A stretch of DNA of 64,000 bases from an uncultured Verrucomicrobiota bacterium (GTDB lineage Bacteria > Verrucomicrobiota > Kiritimatiellia > Kiritimatiellales > Tichowtungiaceae), in assembly GCA_964398915.1 (NCBI GenBank), contig CAYNOR010000006.1:14068-78067 (forward strand). The letters run 5' to 3'. Positions 26,415 to 36,397 of the stretch are shown piece by piece. The notes beneath the pieces were generated by a model, which made no database searches, had not been told where the DNA came from, and worked only from the letters and a program-made list of their open reading frames with translations. The number at the start of each line of letters is the position of its first letter. The stretch's first letter is position 1. The position numbers were made by a program, and so were the translations under genes.

Positions 26415-28556
26415 TTACAGATAGAGCGCGGTCGTCGGCTTGCTTTCCAGAATATTGTATTGCCGCAGTGCGGTTTTCCACCACGGGGCAAGCTTCTCAA
26501 GCGGCAGTAGCCATATCTGTTCGTGCAGCCAGGCCATACATTCAGGATTTAACAGTAAGGCCATTTGCTCGCGGCGGCTGAGAACATCAGGACCTTCCGT
26601 GACGACGCGATCCTGAAGATGTGTAAAGTAGACGCTGTCGAGACGGCGGTGTTTATTGCGTCGCCGCAGGAGGGAGATGTGGATGGCGTTGACGTAGGGA
26701 TCAATGACGACCTGCATGAAGCCATAGTTTTTCCGGAGCAGTTCAAGCGGGGGAATATGCTGTTTGCAGGCATCCAGATTGGTTTGCAGTTCAGCGATCT
26801 CGAGCGGCGGATGGCTTTCCTGCGGAGTTACAAAAAGTCCCATCTGGAGAAACAGGGTTCCCAGTGATGTTTTGCTGGATAGTACGGAGAGCGGAATCGA
26901 GCAGATCAATCCGATGAAAATGGGGCTCATCCACCAGAAAAAGGCGGGATTAATCCACCAGGCCAGTGCGCCCCATACAGCACCGATGAGAGAGTGTCCC
27001 CAGTGTGCTTCAATGGCTTCTGCCCATTCAATACCGTCGTCTCCGCCACGACGCTGGGAACCCCAGCCGACTTCCTGCCCCGCCATTACACCGAGCACGA
27101 AACGGGAGTGAAACAGCATGAGGATCGGGGTGATCAGCATGGAAAAGAAGTGTTCAATCAGTACGCTGGCTGTGACACGCAGGCGTCCTCCGAACGGTTT
27201 AGCTTCCTGTTTTCTAAACAGAACGAGAAGCAGTCCGAGCAGTTTGGGCAGGAAGAGCAGGAAAATCGTAGTGCTGAAGAGAATAATGGCCAGTCGGTTC
27301 CCGCCGATGTCCAGAAAAGAGGACAACCCGACATCGTAGTCGAAGCTTCGTTGCGTAAAGCGGGACGCAAATACGAACTGCATGGTTCCTAAAAGCATAA
27401 AGAAGAGCCAGAGCGGCGAGGAGAGATAACTCATGATGCCAAGCGCAAGATGCAACCGGTTGATTGGACGAACATGGGGCGAAAGCATGAGCCAGCTGTG
27501 CTGAAAATTTCCCCGGCACCAGCGCCGGTCGCGTTTAGCCATGTCGGTGAGCGTCGGCGGGCCTCCTTCATAGCTGCCGCCCAGCCCATAGGCCAGCCAG
27601 ACTTCATAGCCAGCGCGGCGCATAAGGGCTGCTTCGACATAGTCGTGGCTCATAAATTTAGCCCGGGGTGTTTTGCTGGCTGGCAGGTCGGGCAGTGCAC
27701 AGTGCTCGATGAATGGAGCCAGACGTATAATTGCATTATGACCCCAGTAGTTTCCTTCGTCGGCCTGCCAGAAATTAAGACCGGCCTGAAAAATCGGGCC
27801 GTACAAGGTGCCCGCAAACTGCATGCAGCGGCAAAAGAGACTTTCGCTCATGGCCTGAACAGGCGCAGCCTGAATAATACCGGACTGCGGGTGCAGTTCC
27901 ATGAGTTGTGCGAGTTTGACGAGGCAGTCACCGCTCATCACGCTGTCGGCATCCAGGATAACCATGTAGCGGTATTTACTGCCCCACCGGCGGCAGAAAT
28001 CACTGATGTTTCCGCTCTTACGGTTCAGAGCTATTTTACGTTTGCGGTAGAAGATGCGTCCGAAGCCGTGCACCTGTTTACAGAGTTCAGCCCAGGCCAT
28101 TTCCTCTTCGATCCATTTGTTCGGATCATTCGAATCGCTGAGAATGAAAAAGTCGAATCGCGAGAGGTTTCCGGTTTTCTCAACGGAACGGTAGATGGTC
28201 CGCAACCCTTCATAAACGCGGCTGACATCTTCATTGAAAATCGGCAGAACCACTGCGGTAACGGGAAGTTCTACCGGCGTATTCGTTTTCTCGAGCAGTG
28301 AAAGCAGGCGGGCGGAGTCGCGACGGTGCCAGAGAATAAGGAACCCGGTCAGCGCTTGAACGATACCGAAGGAAACTGGTGTAAAAAGTATGGCGAACAG
28401 GATCAGGATGGCGACTTCGCAACTGTTCATGCCGCCGCGCCAGAGAATGTCGGCCATGACCCAGGTGGCCAGGGTGGTGAGTAACAGCACCAGCGAAAAG
28501 AAGAGAATCCGCCGGCGCACTTTCTGCGCGCCTGATAGAAGTTTTACAGCCGTCAT
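26415..28556 (-). CDS. opgH: osmoregulated periplasmic glucan glucosyltransferase
   Basis: GT2 core ILSDSND...MVILDADSVM...GHNAIIR...QRRWCRGN-like (RDRRWCRGNFQH), flanked by multiple TM segments. Confidence 0.85.
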   Translation of the reverse strand: MTAVKLLSGAQKVRRRILFFSLVLLLTTLATWVMADILWRGGMNSCEVAILILFAILFTPVSFGIVQALTGFLILWHRRDSARLLSLLEKTNTPVELPVTAVVLPIFNEDVSRVYEGLRTIYRSVEKTGNLSRFDFFILSDSNDPNKWIEEEMAWAELCKQVHGFGRIFYRKRKIALNRKSGNISDFCRRWGSKYRYMVILDADSVMSGDCLVKLAQLMELHPQSGIIQAAPVQAMSESLFCRCMQFAGTLYGPIFQAGLNFWQADEGNYWGHNAIIRLAPFIEHCALPDLPASKTPRAKFMSHDYVEAALMRRAGYEVWLAYGLGGSYEGGPPTLTDMAKRDRRWCRGNFQHSWLMLSPHVRPINRLHLALGIMSYLSSPLWLFFMLLGTMQFVFASRFTQRSFDYDVGLSSFLDIGGNRLAIILFSTTIFLLFLPKLLGLLLVLFRKQEAKPFGGRLRVTASVLIEHFFSMLITPILMLFHSRFVLGVMAGQEVGWGSQRRGGDDGIEWAEAIEAHWGHSLIGAVWGALAWWINPAFFWWMSPIFIGLICSIPLSVLSSKTSLGTLFLQMGLFVTPQESHPPLEIAELQTNLDACKQHIPPLELLRKNYGFMQVVIDPYVNAIHISLLRRRNKHRRLDSVYFTHLQDRVVTEGPDVLSRREQMALLLNPECMAWLHEQIWLLPLEKLAPWWKTALRQYNILESKPTTALYL

Positions 28557-29146
28557 CGTGTCATCCAGAAAAGATAAGTTAGAATCGTCAGAAAAATAAG
28601 CCAGCCAATGAATGCCTTGATAACCGGCATGCGGTTCAGGGTGTCCATCGCATCGTCGGCAAAAGCGGGAATCATTCCCAGATCAATTGGGCGGGGAACC
28701 ATGTTGCTGATTTGCAGTTCAGGTCCGGCGCGCATCAGACTGCTGCGCATAGCGGTTTTCAGTTCTTCCGGTATCTGCTGAGTGGCCATAAAGGCATAGG
28801 GCCAGCGAAGGGGGCCGTCGCAGAGGAACAGTGCAACGCGTCCGTCGGCCGCTGTGAAATTGGTGTCTGTCCCGGCAGGGAGATCCATGATGCGGGTAAA
28901 CCATTCATTGAGCAGGCGGTTGGTTTCCTCGATTACGAGAGTTGCCAGAGGCTCCGGCGGGGTCTGACCCTGCCAGCGGTGGCTGACGCGCCGCAAAATC
29001 ATCGTAATCAGGTGCGCGCGGTGCAAATGACTGTCGACCTCGTGAGCCCGTAAGTAGCTCTCGAGTTTTTCGCAGGCGCCGTTCCATTCCTCAGGGCTGC
29101 CCCAGGAGGGAACAAAGGGTTCTATGGGTTCCAGAAGTAAGTCCAC
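28553..29146 (-). CDS. hypothetical protein with C-terminal TM anchor, wedged between opgG and opgH
   Basis: The ORF overlaps the opgG end by about 25 nt and the opgH start by 4 nt. It has a C-terminal hydrophobic segment IKAFIGWLIFLTILTYLFW. Confidence 0.5.
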   Translation of the reverse strand: MDLLLEPIEPFVPSWGSPEEWNGACEKLESYLRAHEVDSHLHRAHLITMILRRVSHRWQGQTPPEPLATLVIEETNRLLNEWFTRIMDLPAGTDTNFTAADGRVALFLCDGPLRWPYAFMATQQIPEELKTAMRSSLMRAGPELQISNMVPRPIDLGMIPAFADDAMDTLNRMPVIKAFIGWLIFLTILTYLFWMTR

Positions 29147-30630
29147 GTTTCACTCCGCGGCAGTCCGCCCGATTGCAGGAAACAGCGCATTTCAACAGGT
29201 TTGGTTTTATCAACGGGTTCAACATCAAAGAATACGCGCCAAGCGTTGCCGGGGTCATTGCGTTGGAGATGTTTGCCCTTCAGGTTGCCGTTGGTGACGG
29301 ATACAATCGGCTTAACGCTGTCAGGGTTGTTCCGGTCAAGCCCCGCACCGTTACTGAAATCGAGCACAAATTTTTTGGAACCGGGGTATTCAGTGGCATT
29401 GCCGATGCGGGTGGCCAGTGTCCGTGCAAGCGGCGGCAACGCAGGATCGTCCTTGAACCAGTGCAGGCGGTATGAAAATTCAAGCGGTTTTTCGGGGGTA
29501 AGCGGTTCAGCCGGAGTCCAGAAGGCAACGATGTTGTCGAAGTATTCCTCGCCGTACGGTAATTCAACGAGCCGGATTTCGCCGCAGCCCCAATCTGATC
29601 CCGGTTCAATCCAGGTGCTCGGACGGTTATGATAGAAGGTTTCTAGATCTTCATAGCTCGAGAAACTCCGATCGCGCTGGAACAGGCCGAAGCCTCGCGG
29701 GGTTTTGTCGGCAAAGCAGGAAATCCGTACGTCCTTTTCCTTGGTGAGCGGACGCCAAAGCCATTCGTCGGCGCCGGTGTGAAGAAGCAATCCATCGGAA
29801 TCATGTACTTCAGGACGGAAATCACCGTGGCGGGATGCGGAGTTTTCGCCGAACCAGAACATGCTGGTCAGCGGGGCCAGACCAAGGCCTTCGACCGTGG
29901 TGCGGGCGAACAGTGTGGCTTTAATCTCCATGACCGTGTCTGCACCGGGGATGAGGAGCATTTCATAGGCACCGGCCAGACTCGGGCTGTTCAGTAGAAT
30001 AAATATTTTTATACGGTCGGCCCGGTTATCCGGTTTCTCAATCCAGTATTCTACAAACTCCGGAAATTCTTCGTTTGTCTGACCCGCCACGTTGATGGCC
30101 AGTCCGCGGGCGGACAGCCCGTAGTGCAAGCCCTTGCCCGGAGCCCGGAAATAAGAGGCTCCCTGAAAGGCCACGATTTCGTCGAGATATTCCATCGAGT
30201 TGATTGGATAATGAATGCGGAAGCCGTTGAAACCCAGATCGTCCGGCAGGCGGCCAGTGATTTTCGCCTGTGAATAATTGAAAAGACTCTTCGAAAAAGG
30301 AATCGGCTCAACCCGCCCGTTTTCTACGGAATTGATGGTAATACGTCCGGTTTGTGCCCCGCCGCGGTGAACGCACTGGAGCTGAAAGGGGAGGCGTTCC
30401 ATACGCCAGATGGCGGCCTTAGGGTCAAAGCGGATGTTGCGCATCTCGTCGTAATTTAAACGGCTTAGTTCCTGAGGAAGTGTTTTGTCAGGAGCCTGAT
30501 AAGGTGCGGCCGCCAGATTCTGCGCACGGTTCTTGAGCGCATTGAAATCGAAAGACGAACCATCATCCTGTGCAACACCGTGGAGTGTCGCACACGCGAG
30601 TACAACGGACATAAGAATTTGTTTATTCAC
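29122..30630 (-). CDS. opgG: periplasmic glucan biosynthesis protein G
   Basis: Signal peptide, then MdoG-like RFDPKAAIWR, FRAPGKGLHYGLSARGLAI and HDSDGLL. Confidence 0.85.
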   Translation of the reverse strand: MNKQILMSVVLACATLHGVAQDDGSSFDFNALKNRAQNLAAAPYQAPDKTLPQELSRLNYDEMRNIRFDPKAAIWRMERLPFQLQCVHRGGAQTGRITINSVENGRVEPIPFSKSLFNYSQAKITGRLPDDLGFNGFRIHYPINSMEYLDEIVAFQGASYFRAPGKGLHYGLSARGLAINVAGQTNEEFPEFVEYWIEKPDNRADRIKIFILLNSPSLAGAYEMLLIPGADTVMEIKATLFARTTVEGLGLAPLTSMFWFGENSASRHGDFRPEVHDSDGLLLHTGADEWLWRPLTKEKDVRISCFADKTPRGFGLFQRDRSFSSYEDLETFYHNRPSTWIEPGSDWGCGEIRLVELPYGEEYFDNIVAFWTPAEPLTPEKPLEFSYRLHWFKDDPALPPLARTLATRIGNATEYPGSKKFVLDFSNGAGLDRNNPDSVKPIVSVTNGNLKGKHLQRNDPGNAWRVFFDVEPVDKTKPVEMRCFLQSGGLPRSETWTYFWNP

Positions 30631-30752
30631 GCGCCGAGCATATTAAAAGCCCATGTAAATGCACGAAAAAAAAAGCTGCAGCTCTCAAATTGACCCCAGT
30701 ATACTTTCAAAACCCCGTGAAGGGGGCCCGGACATGCAGAAAATGCCCGAAT

Positions 30753-33023
30753 TTATAGTCCCGCAAACGGATTGGCGGAAAATCCGCGCGGCGGCTGGCG
30801 TTGCGGAGGCTTGTTTTGCTGCGGTCGCGGTACGGAACCTTTGGCCGGAGCCGTCTTGCCGCTGTCCTTGCGGGCCGTCAGCGAAATCCGTTTGCGCTCC
30901 AGATCGACCTCCAGCACCTTCACGGTAATGCGGTCGCCCGCCTGAACCGCTTCGGACGGATCGCTGATGAACCGGTCGCAGAGCTGGGAAATGTGAACCA
31001 GTCCGTCCTGATGCACGCCGACATCGACGAACGCGCCGAAAGCGGTGACGTTGGTGACGATTCCTTTGAGTTCCATCCCTTCCTTGAGATCGTTCATGGT
31101 CATCACGTCGTCTCGGAAGCCGACGGCTTCAAACTGTTCGCGCGGATCGCGGCCCGGCTTTTTTAATTCGTCGATGATGTCCTTTAGTGTCAGCTCGCCG
31201 ACGCTGTCGCTCTTGTACTTTTCGATCTTCACTTTGCTGACGATCTCTACATTGCCGACCAGCTTGTTGAGCGGCTCGCCGAGGTCGGCGGCAATCTGTT
31301 CGACCAGTTTATAGCGTTCCGGATGAACCGCCGAGGCGTCGAGCGGATTTTCGCTACCGTGAATGCGCAGGAATCCTGCCGCCTGTTCAAAGGCGCGCGG
31401 GCCAAGGCTTGGAACTTTCGTCAGCTCCTGACGGCTTTTAAACGCACCGTGTTCATTGCGGTAGGTGACGATTTTTTTGGCGAGGCTTTCGCCGATCCCG
31501 GCGACGCGCGAGAGCAGGGGGGCGCTGGCGGTGTTGAGTTCGACGCCGACGCGGTTCACGCAACTGACGACTACTTCGTCGAGTTTGTCCTTCAGCAGTT
31601 CCTGATAGACGTCGTGCTGGTACTGCCCGACGCCGATGGATTTCGGATCGGTTTTCACCAGTTCGGCCAGCGGATCTTGAAGGCGGCGGGCAATCGAGAT
31701 CGCGCCGCGGATGGTCAGGTCGAGGTCCGGAAACTCCTCGCGGGCGATTTCCGACGCGCTGTAAACCGACGCTCCGGCCTCGCTGACGGAAACTACGCTG
31801 GTGCCGGTTTTCTTCATCAGGCTGAGCAGCTTTTTGACGAATGTTTCGGTTTCGCGTCCGGCGGTGCCGTTACCGACGGCGATGGCCTGCGGCTGGTGCT
31901 TTTCAATGAACTTCGCTAGCGTGATTTGCGCCTGCTGGGTTTTCTCCGCGCCTTGCTCAGGATAGATGGTGACGGTGTCGAGGTATTTGCCGGTGGCGTC
32001 AATGGCAACGCATTTGCAACCGGTGCGCAGACCGGGGTCGATGCCGATAACCGGCTTTTCGCCGTATGGGGCAGCCAGCAGCAGACTCCGCAGGTTTTTG
32101 GCGAAAATTTCGACGGCGGCGCGGTCGGCCTTCATTTTCATTTCGACCGACACGTCGATTTCGACGCTGAGCGTCAGCATCCGCTTGTAGGCATCCTGAA
32201 TGGTCTTTTCGAGTTCACCGGCGAACGGCGAAGCGAGGTTGAGTCCGCAAAGTTCTTTCATCCGGTTAATCTGTTTGTCGGCGTCGATCACCAGTTTGCG
32301 GCGCAGTTCACCTTCGGTTTCGCCGCGGCGGATCGCCAGGTAGCGGTGCGACGGAATGTCGGAAATCGCCTGGCTGAAGTCGAAATAGTCTTTGTACTTG
32401 GAGGTTTCCGGCTTGGCGTCGGCCTTGACCGGCTCGGAGGCGATCACGCCGGTTTTGAAATAGGCTTCGCGGATCAGCGCACGGACGTCGGCTTTTTCAG
32501 CGACCTGCTCGGCGACGATGTCGCGTGCTCCGGCCAGCGCCTCTTCGGCGGTGGCGACCTCTTTTTCCGCATTGATGAACGCGGCGGCGGCTTTCAACGG
32601 ATCACTTTCCAGTGACTGGCTGGCGATCAGTTCGGCCAGCGGTTCGAGTCCTTTTTCCTTGGCGATGGTCGCGCGGGTGCGGCGTTTCGGTTTGTAGGGC
32701 AGATAAAGGTCTTCGAGTTCGGTTTTGGAAATTGTCCGCTCGATCTGCTCGCGCAGCTCGTCGGTCAGCTTGCCCTGTTCATTGATCGAACCGAGGATGG
32801 TCACGCGGCGGGCTTCCAGCGTGTTGTAGTAAGTCAGCTTTTCCTGAATGTTCAGAATCTGCACTTCGTCGAGATTGCCGTGCGCCTCCTTGCGGTAGCG
32901 GGCGATGAACGGGACGGTTGCCCCTTCGGCGAAAAGCTGGGCGACGGCGGCCACCTGGCGCGGGCCGATGCTGAGGTCTTTGGACACAAACGGGACGGCA
33001 TCAAACAGGTTTTGCTCGGACAT
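30753..33023 (-). CDS. tex: Tex-family transcription accessory protein (YqgF/HhH/S1 domains)
   Basis: VAQLFAEGATVPFIARYRKE, GIDPGLRTGCK, and a C-terminal S1 domain GIVTNVTAFGAFVDVGVHQDGLVHISQL. The ATG is at 33021-33023. Confidence 0.9.
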   Translation of the reverse strand: MSEQNLFDAVPFVSKDLSIGPRQVAAVAQLFAEGATVPFIARYRKEAHGNLDEVQILNIQEKLTYYNTLEARRVTILGSINEQGKLTDELREQIERTISKTELEDLYLPYKPKRRTRATIAKEKGLEPLAELIASQSLESDPLKAAAAFINAEKEVATAEEALAGARDIVAEQVAEKADVRALIREAYFKTGVIASEPVKADAKPETSKYKDYFDFSQAISDIPSHRYLAIRRGETEGELRRKLVIDADKQINRMKELCGLNLASPFAGELEKTIQDAYKRMLTLSVEIDVSVEMKMKADRAAVEIFAKNLRSLLLAAPYGEKPVIGIDPGLRTGCKCVAIDATGKYLDTVTIYPEQGAEKTQQAQITLAKFIEKHQPQAIAVGNGTAGRETETFVKKLLSLMKKTGTSVVSVSEAGASVYSASEIAREEFPDLDLTIRGAISIARRLQDPLAELVKTDPKSIGVGQYQHDVYQELLKDKLDEVVVSCVNRVGVELNTASAPLLSRVAGIGESLAKKIVTYRNEHGAFKSRQELTKVPSLGPRAFEQAAGFLRIHGSENPLDASAVHPERYKLVEQIAADLGEPLNKLVGNVEIVSKVKIEKYKSDSVGELTLKDIIDELKKPGRDPREQFEAVGFRDDVMTMNDLKEGMELKGIVTNVTAFGAFVDVGVHQDGLVHISQLCDRFISDPSEAVQAGDRITVKVLEVDLERKRISLTARKDSGKTAPAKGSVPRPQQNKPPQRQPPRGFSANPFAGL

Positions 33024-33104
33024 AAGTTGGATCAATTCCTCGGTTAGCAGTTACAAAATCAGCTACCGATGGTCTTTGAAACAGGCTGGTCCGTCAAGAC
33101 GTTC
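32981..33104. repeat. direct repeat copy A: tex 5' codons plus upstream leader
   Basis: Hand alignment to 34942-35065 gives 79 of the first 90 positions identical. Confidence 0.75.
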
Positions 33105-33215
33105 TGGCGGGCGGAACGGCAGCAAAGAGTTTAAACACCCCTTTATGTCATTTTTTTTGATAAAAAAGCACTTTCGCGATAGCTTAGGTTTACCGCTCAG
33201 TGATTCCGCTGATTT

Positions 33216-33452
33216 TGACCCTCGCGAACAAAAGAGCCTTGTTTACTTGCAAGCGGTTTTTCACCTTCGTATCGTTATGCCAGTGGTAAAGGCGTTCCGC
33301 AGGATTACGTTCAGTCTTATGCATGGTGCAATATAGCGGCGGCGCCCGCAATAAAAGCGCGAGAAATCATCCTGAAAAGAATGACCCCGGCCCAGATTGA
33401 AGAAGGACAGCGGCTATCTCGGGAGTGTGTAGAGAAGTTTATTAAAAAATAG
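33216..33452 (+). pseudogene. C-terminal fragment of a Sel1-repeat protein with no start codon
   Basis: The frame opens after a TGA and reads ...YRYASGKGVPQDYVQSYAWCNIAAAPAIKAREIILKRMTPAQIEEGQRLSRECVEKFIKK*. There is no in-frame ATG and no entry in the track. Confidence 0.5.
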
Positions 33453-33488
33453 GGAGTTTTTGAAAACTCAATAAAGGAGTCACCTATT

Positions 33489-34343
33489 ATGGGCTTTCTA
33501 GCGAAGAGTGAGGCGTTTGTTTTGAAAAAAAGGGCTGAAACAGGAGATGCGATAGCACAGCACGACTTGGGGATTTGCTACGCTACAGGGAGTGGGGTTC
33601 CTCAGAATCATATAGAGGCGGTGAAATGGTACCGTCTAGCTTGTGCGCAAGGGATTCCAAACTCTCAGCACAACCTCGGTGTCTGCTACTTAGATGGCAC
33701 AGGTGTTCCGCAGGATTATAAAGAAGCTGCGAGGTGGTTCCGCCTTGCCGCTGAACAGGGCCATCCGGCGGCGCAAGCTAATCTCGGGATATGCTTCTGT
33801 TACGGGGTCGGAGTTCCGCAGGATTACATCCAAGCTTATGCGTGGCTTTCTCTTTCGGCCGACCAAGGCAATGAGATCGGTAAGTTGGAAGAGGAGAAAT
33901 TACGAAACAATATATCAACGCTGAAGTATTTAGAAGGGAGGCGGATGGCGGAGACGTATCGGGAATGTCAGTCGATTTGGAAGAAGATTAAACATGAAAA
34001 TGGTGACGTTACCATGAGCGACAAATCTACAGGTAAAATGTGGACCGGCATTGCGAACCTTGGCGGCCGCAAGCGATGGGATGATGCTTTAACCTTTTGC
34101 AAGAGCCTAACCTATGCGGGGTATTCGGACTGGCGACTGCCTAATAAAACCGAGCTCCGTGCTCAATTCCAGCACCAAAGAGAGTTTTCGGGTGTGGAGC
34201 GCGGTGGTAACTTATACTGGTCGGGAACCCTCTGTGGATATATTCCAGGTTTCGCGTGGTATGTGGATATGAACACCGGAAATGTAAGTACGCTAAGTAA
34301 GAGTTGGGATCTTTTTGTGTGGCCGGTGCGCGGCAAACAATAA
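33489..34343 (+). CDS. Sel1-repeat protein with C-terminal DUF1566 (Lcl-C-like) domain
   Basis: Repeated G(V)PQ(D/N)...A..W...A..QG units (four copies). The C-terminus has YSDWRLPNKTEL and WSGT. Confidence 0.75.
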   Translation: MGFLAKSEAFVLKKRAETGDAIAQHDLGICYATGSGVPQNHIEAVKWYRLACAQGIPNSQHNLGVCYLDGTGVPQDYKEAARWFRLAAEQGHPAAQANLGICFCYGVGVPQDYIQAYAWLSLSADQGNEIGKLEEEKLRNNISTLKYLEGRRMAETYRECQSIWKKIKHENGDVTMSDKSTGKMWTGIANLGGRKRWDDALTFCKSLTYAGYSDWRLPNKTELRAQFQHQREFSGVERGGNLYWSGTLCGYIPGFAWYVDMNTGNVSTLSKSWDLFVWPVRGKQ

Positions 34344-34366
34344 ACAACTAAAGCTAAAGGAAGAGA

Positions 34367-34750
34367 ATGAACATACCATATCTTAAAATCGATCACCGAT
34401 CAGATACGACTATTGGATTCATTTTTAGAGTAAAAACAGGGCTTTTTTCAGGATTTGATTGCGTAGGGGTGCTTTCTAACACCCGCACCCCCACAAATAA
34501 TAAAAGTGGGTGGGGTGTTTACCGGTCTCCCAGTGCTCGGAGCATTCGACATTCTTTAGAGGGAATAATAACACCGGGCTGTTTCGAGTCATCGGACAAC
34601 TCTTTTGGAGGACGGATAGAAGACGTGTGTGGAAATTTTACTTTGAGGAAATTTGATAGCAGCGACTATGCATGGCACGGTGGGTATGCTGCTTGGAAAA
34701 ATCACGACCGGCTATTCCCAAGCTCAGAGGAGGATATAGATATCGCGTAG
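34367..34750 (+). CDS. hypothetical protein
   Basis: 127-aa ORF with an upstream AAGGAAGAG Shine-Dalgarno-like sequence. I recognised no motif. Confidence 0.35.
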   Translation: MNIPYLKIDHRSDTTIGFIFRVKTGLFSGFDCVGVLSNTRTPTNNKSGWGVYRSPSARSIRHSLEGIITPGCFESSDNSFGGRIEDVCGNFTLRKFDSSDYAWHGGYAAWKNHDRLFPSSEEDIDIA

Positions 34751-34869
34751 GGGAGCCTTTCAAGATGCAGAGAGGGGTCCTTGAATCTTGATCTGCGATA
34801 GGCGGGAACCGGGCCTCATTTCCCAGGCTTCGGAAAGAAACCGGATGGGGCGGTTGTGCGGGATTTTCA

Positions 34870-34896
34870 ACGTAGATGCGACGCCCTCGTCGCATC
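34870..34896. repeat. solo REP-like unit (GTAG head plus 9-bp hairpin)
   Basis: aCGTAGATGCGACG-CCCT-CGTCGCATC, the same unit as the arms of the intragenic doublets. Confidence 0.7.
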
Positions 34897-34936
34897 CAGT
34901 TCGGAGCAGGAAACGCAGTCAGCGCCCGCGGTTACA

Positions 34937-34984
34937 GTCTGTGGAAACAAACGGAACAACATCAAAAAGGTTTTGCTCGGACAT
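34937..34984 (-). pseudogene. remnant of the tex 5' end (first 16 codons)
   Basis: Reads MSEQNLFDVVPFVSTD and reaches a stop after 5 more codons. Intact tex begins MSEQNLFDAVPFVSKD. Confidence 0.75.
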
Positions 34985-35065
34985 AAGTGAAATCAATTCC
35001 TCGGTTAGCGGTTAAAAAATCAGCCACCGATGCTCTGCAAAACCGCTCCCGAGGTCAAGCTGTTC
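34942..35065. repeat. direct repeat copy B of the tex 5' end and leader
   Basis: See copy A at 32981-33104. Confidence 0.75.
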
Positions 35066-35228
35066 CAATCATTGGGAAAATTTCACCGCGAGAGAGCGCA
35101 AGGAACGCAAAAAATTCCAGATTTTGGGAAATATGCATCAGAGTGATCTGATAACGTTCAGGGTGACTTTCGGTGCGCGTAAACCATAGACCGAATCAAC
35201 AGGCGGTTTCACCGTAAAGTCCAACCGC

Positions 35229-36173
35229 TTAGCTACCTTTATTGTTTTGTTTTGTCTGGTTCTTCTCCCATGAGTCTTCTGGCTCAATACCAAGGTCAAA
35301 CCAGATGTCCTTTCTAATGTTCCTGTTCGAAATACAGTATTTGTCACAAAGACACCCTGTTCGGCGATTATACTCTTCAACTGCTCGCTTATTATTTAAC
35401 TCTAGGTACCCATCTTTCTGTTCGTCCCACGATATTAATATGATTTGCTCGGGAGAAACTGGCAACGTAACTTCCGTTTTCTTTTGCCCCAGACCAATAT
35501 GGCGATAGAAGGGAGGAAGTTTGTGGATTTCTGGGTTAACCCATACACAAGGCGAATCAGATGTAATGAAAGTAGAAGACGAATTTGTCCCAATTATTGA
35601 AAGATGCATTTGAGCCAATAGCTCTGTTTGAGAAATTATCATTGGAAACAGCGAATTTTGCATTGGTTTTTCTGCAAGGTTACGAACCTGCTCATGCGAA
35701 AGAGATTCTCCAGAGCCAGAAGAATGTTGTGTCGCTATAAATCGCTCTGCTCCTTCTTTTGTCATTTGTTCAGCTAATGAATCCATCATCTTTAGAGCTT
35801 CGCCCCATTGATTCTGCATATGATCGCGTTGCGCTACAGTGCGACTCTTCATAGCAGCAACGAATAATAACAATTGGAATTTTTCATCAGGCAAAAGATC
35901 CATTCTGTTTGTTAATTTTTCACGACGTAATCGAGCAAAAAAACCTTCAAGTCCTGAAAGGCCATGCTCTAAGGTCAAATCTCTTTCGCCTCCGCTCCCG
36001 TGAATGGTATACATCTCGCTCTCACAAAAAATGTTTTGCGGAGCTTTGTTTTTTGAAGCAGAACCATCCTTGGCAATCATCCATACATATGGCTCATGAT
36101 TTTTTGGCGCGTCAGGATCACACCAAGCCTTGAGATATGATTCAGGTATCCAGTGCTGTTTCTTGTGCCTCAT
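35229..36173 (-). CDS. DUF4238 domain protein
   Basis: The N-terminus KKQHWIPESYLKAWCD matches the H(Y/W)(V/I)P..YL..(F/W) start of DUF4238. The gene is AT-rich. Confidence 0.6.
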   Translation of the reverse strand: MRHKKQHWIPESYLKAWCDPDAPKNHEPYVWMIAKDGSASKNKAPQNIFCESEMYTIHGSGGERDLTLEHGLSGLEGFFARLRREKLTNRMDLLPDEKFQLLLFVAAMKSRTVAQRDHMQNQWGEALKMMDSLAEQMTKEGAERFIATQHSSGSGESLSHEQVRNLAEKPMQNSLFPMIISQTELLAQMHLSIIGTNSSSTFITSDSPCVWVNPEIHKLPPFYRHIGLGQKKTEVTLPVSPEQIILISWDEQKDGYLELNNKRAVEEYNRRTGCLCDKYCISNRNIRKDIWFDLGIEPEDSWEKNQTKQNNKGS

Positions 36174-36397
36174 GTTTTTTATTCGTAGCTAACAGTTTGT
36201 TAGGCAGAAACGGACTCTGCTTATCACGGGGATTTCGGTGTTCGGCAGAAACCTGCCGATCCGGAGTCCGAAGCCGGATTGCTTATAGCAGTCTGGGGAG
36301 GGGCGTTCAATCTTTCATCCGCCTCCGCCGACGGGCTACGGCGCGACACGAAGGGTGGAAAAAATCTTGGCGGCTCTGCGCCTCTTTGCGCGAGGAA

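Larger units (their letters stand above)
33105..34941. other. inserted accessory segment bracketed by the tex 5'-end direct repeat
   Basis: AT-richer by eye. It carries a Sel1 fragment, a Sel1/DUF1566 gene, a small ORF and a solo REP. Confidence 0.55.
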
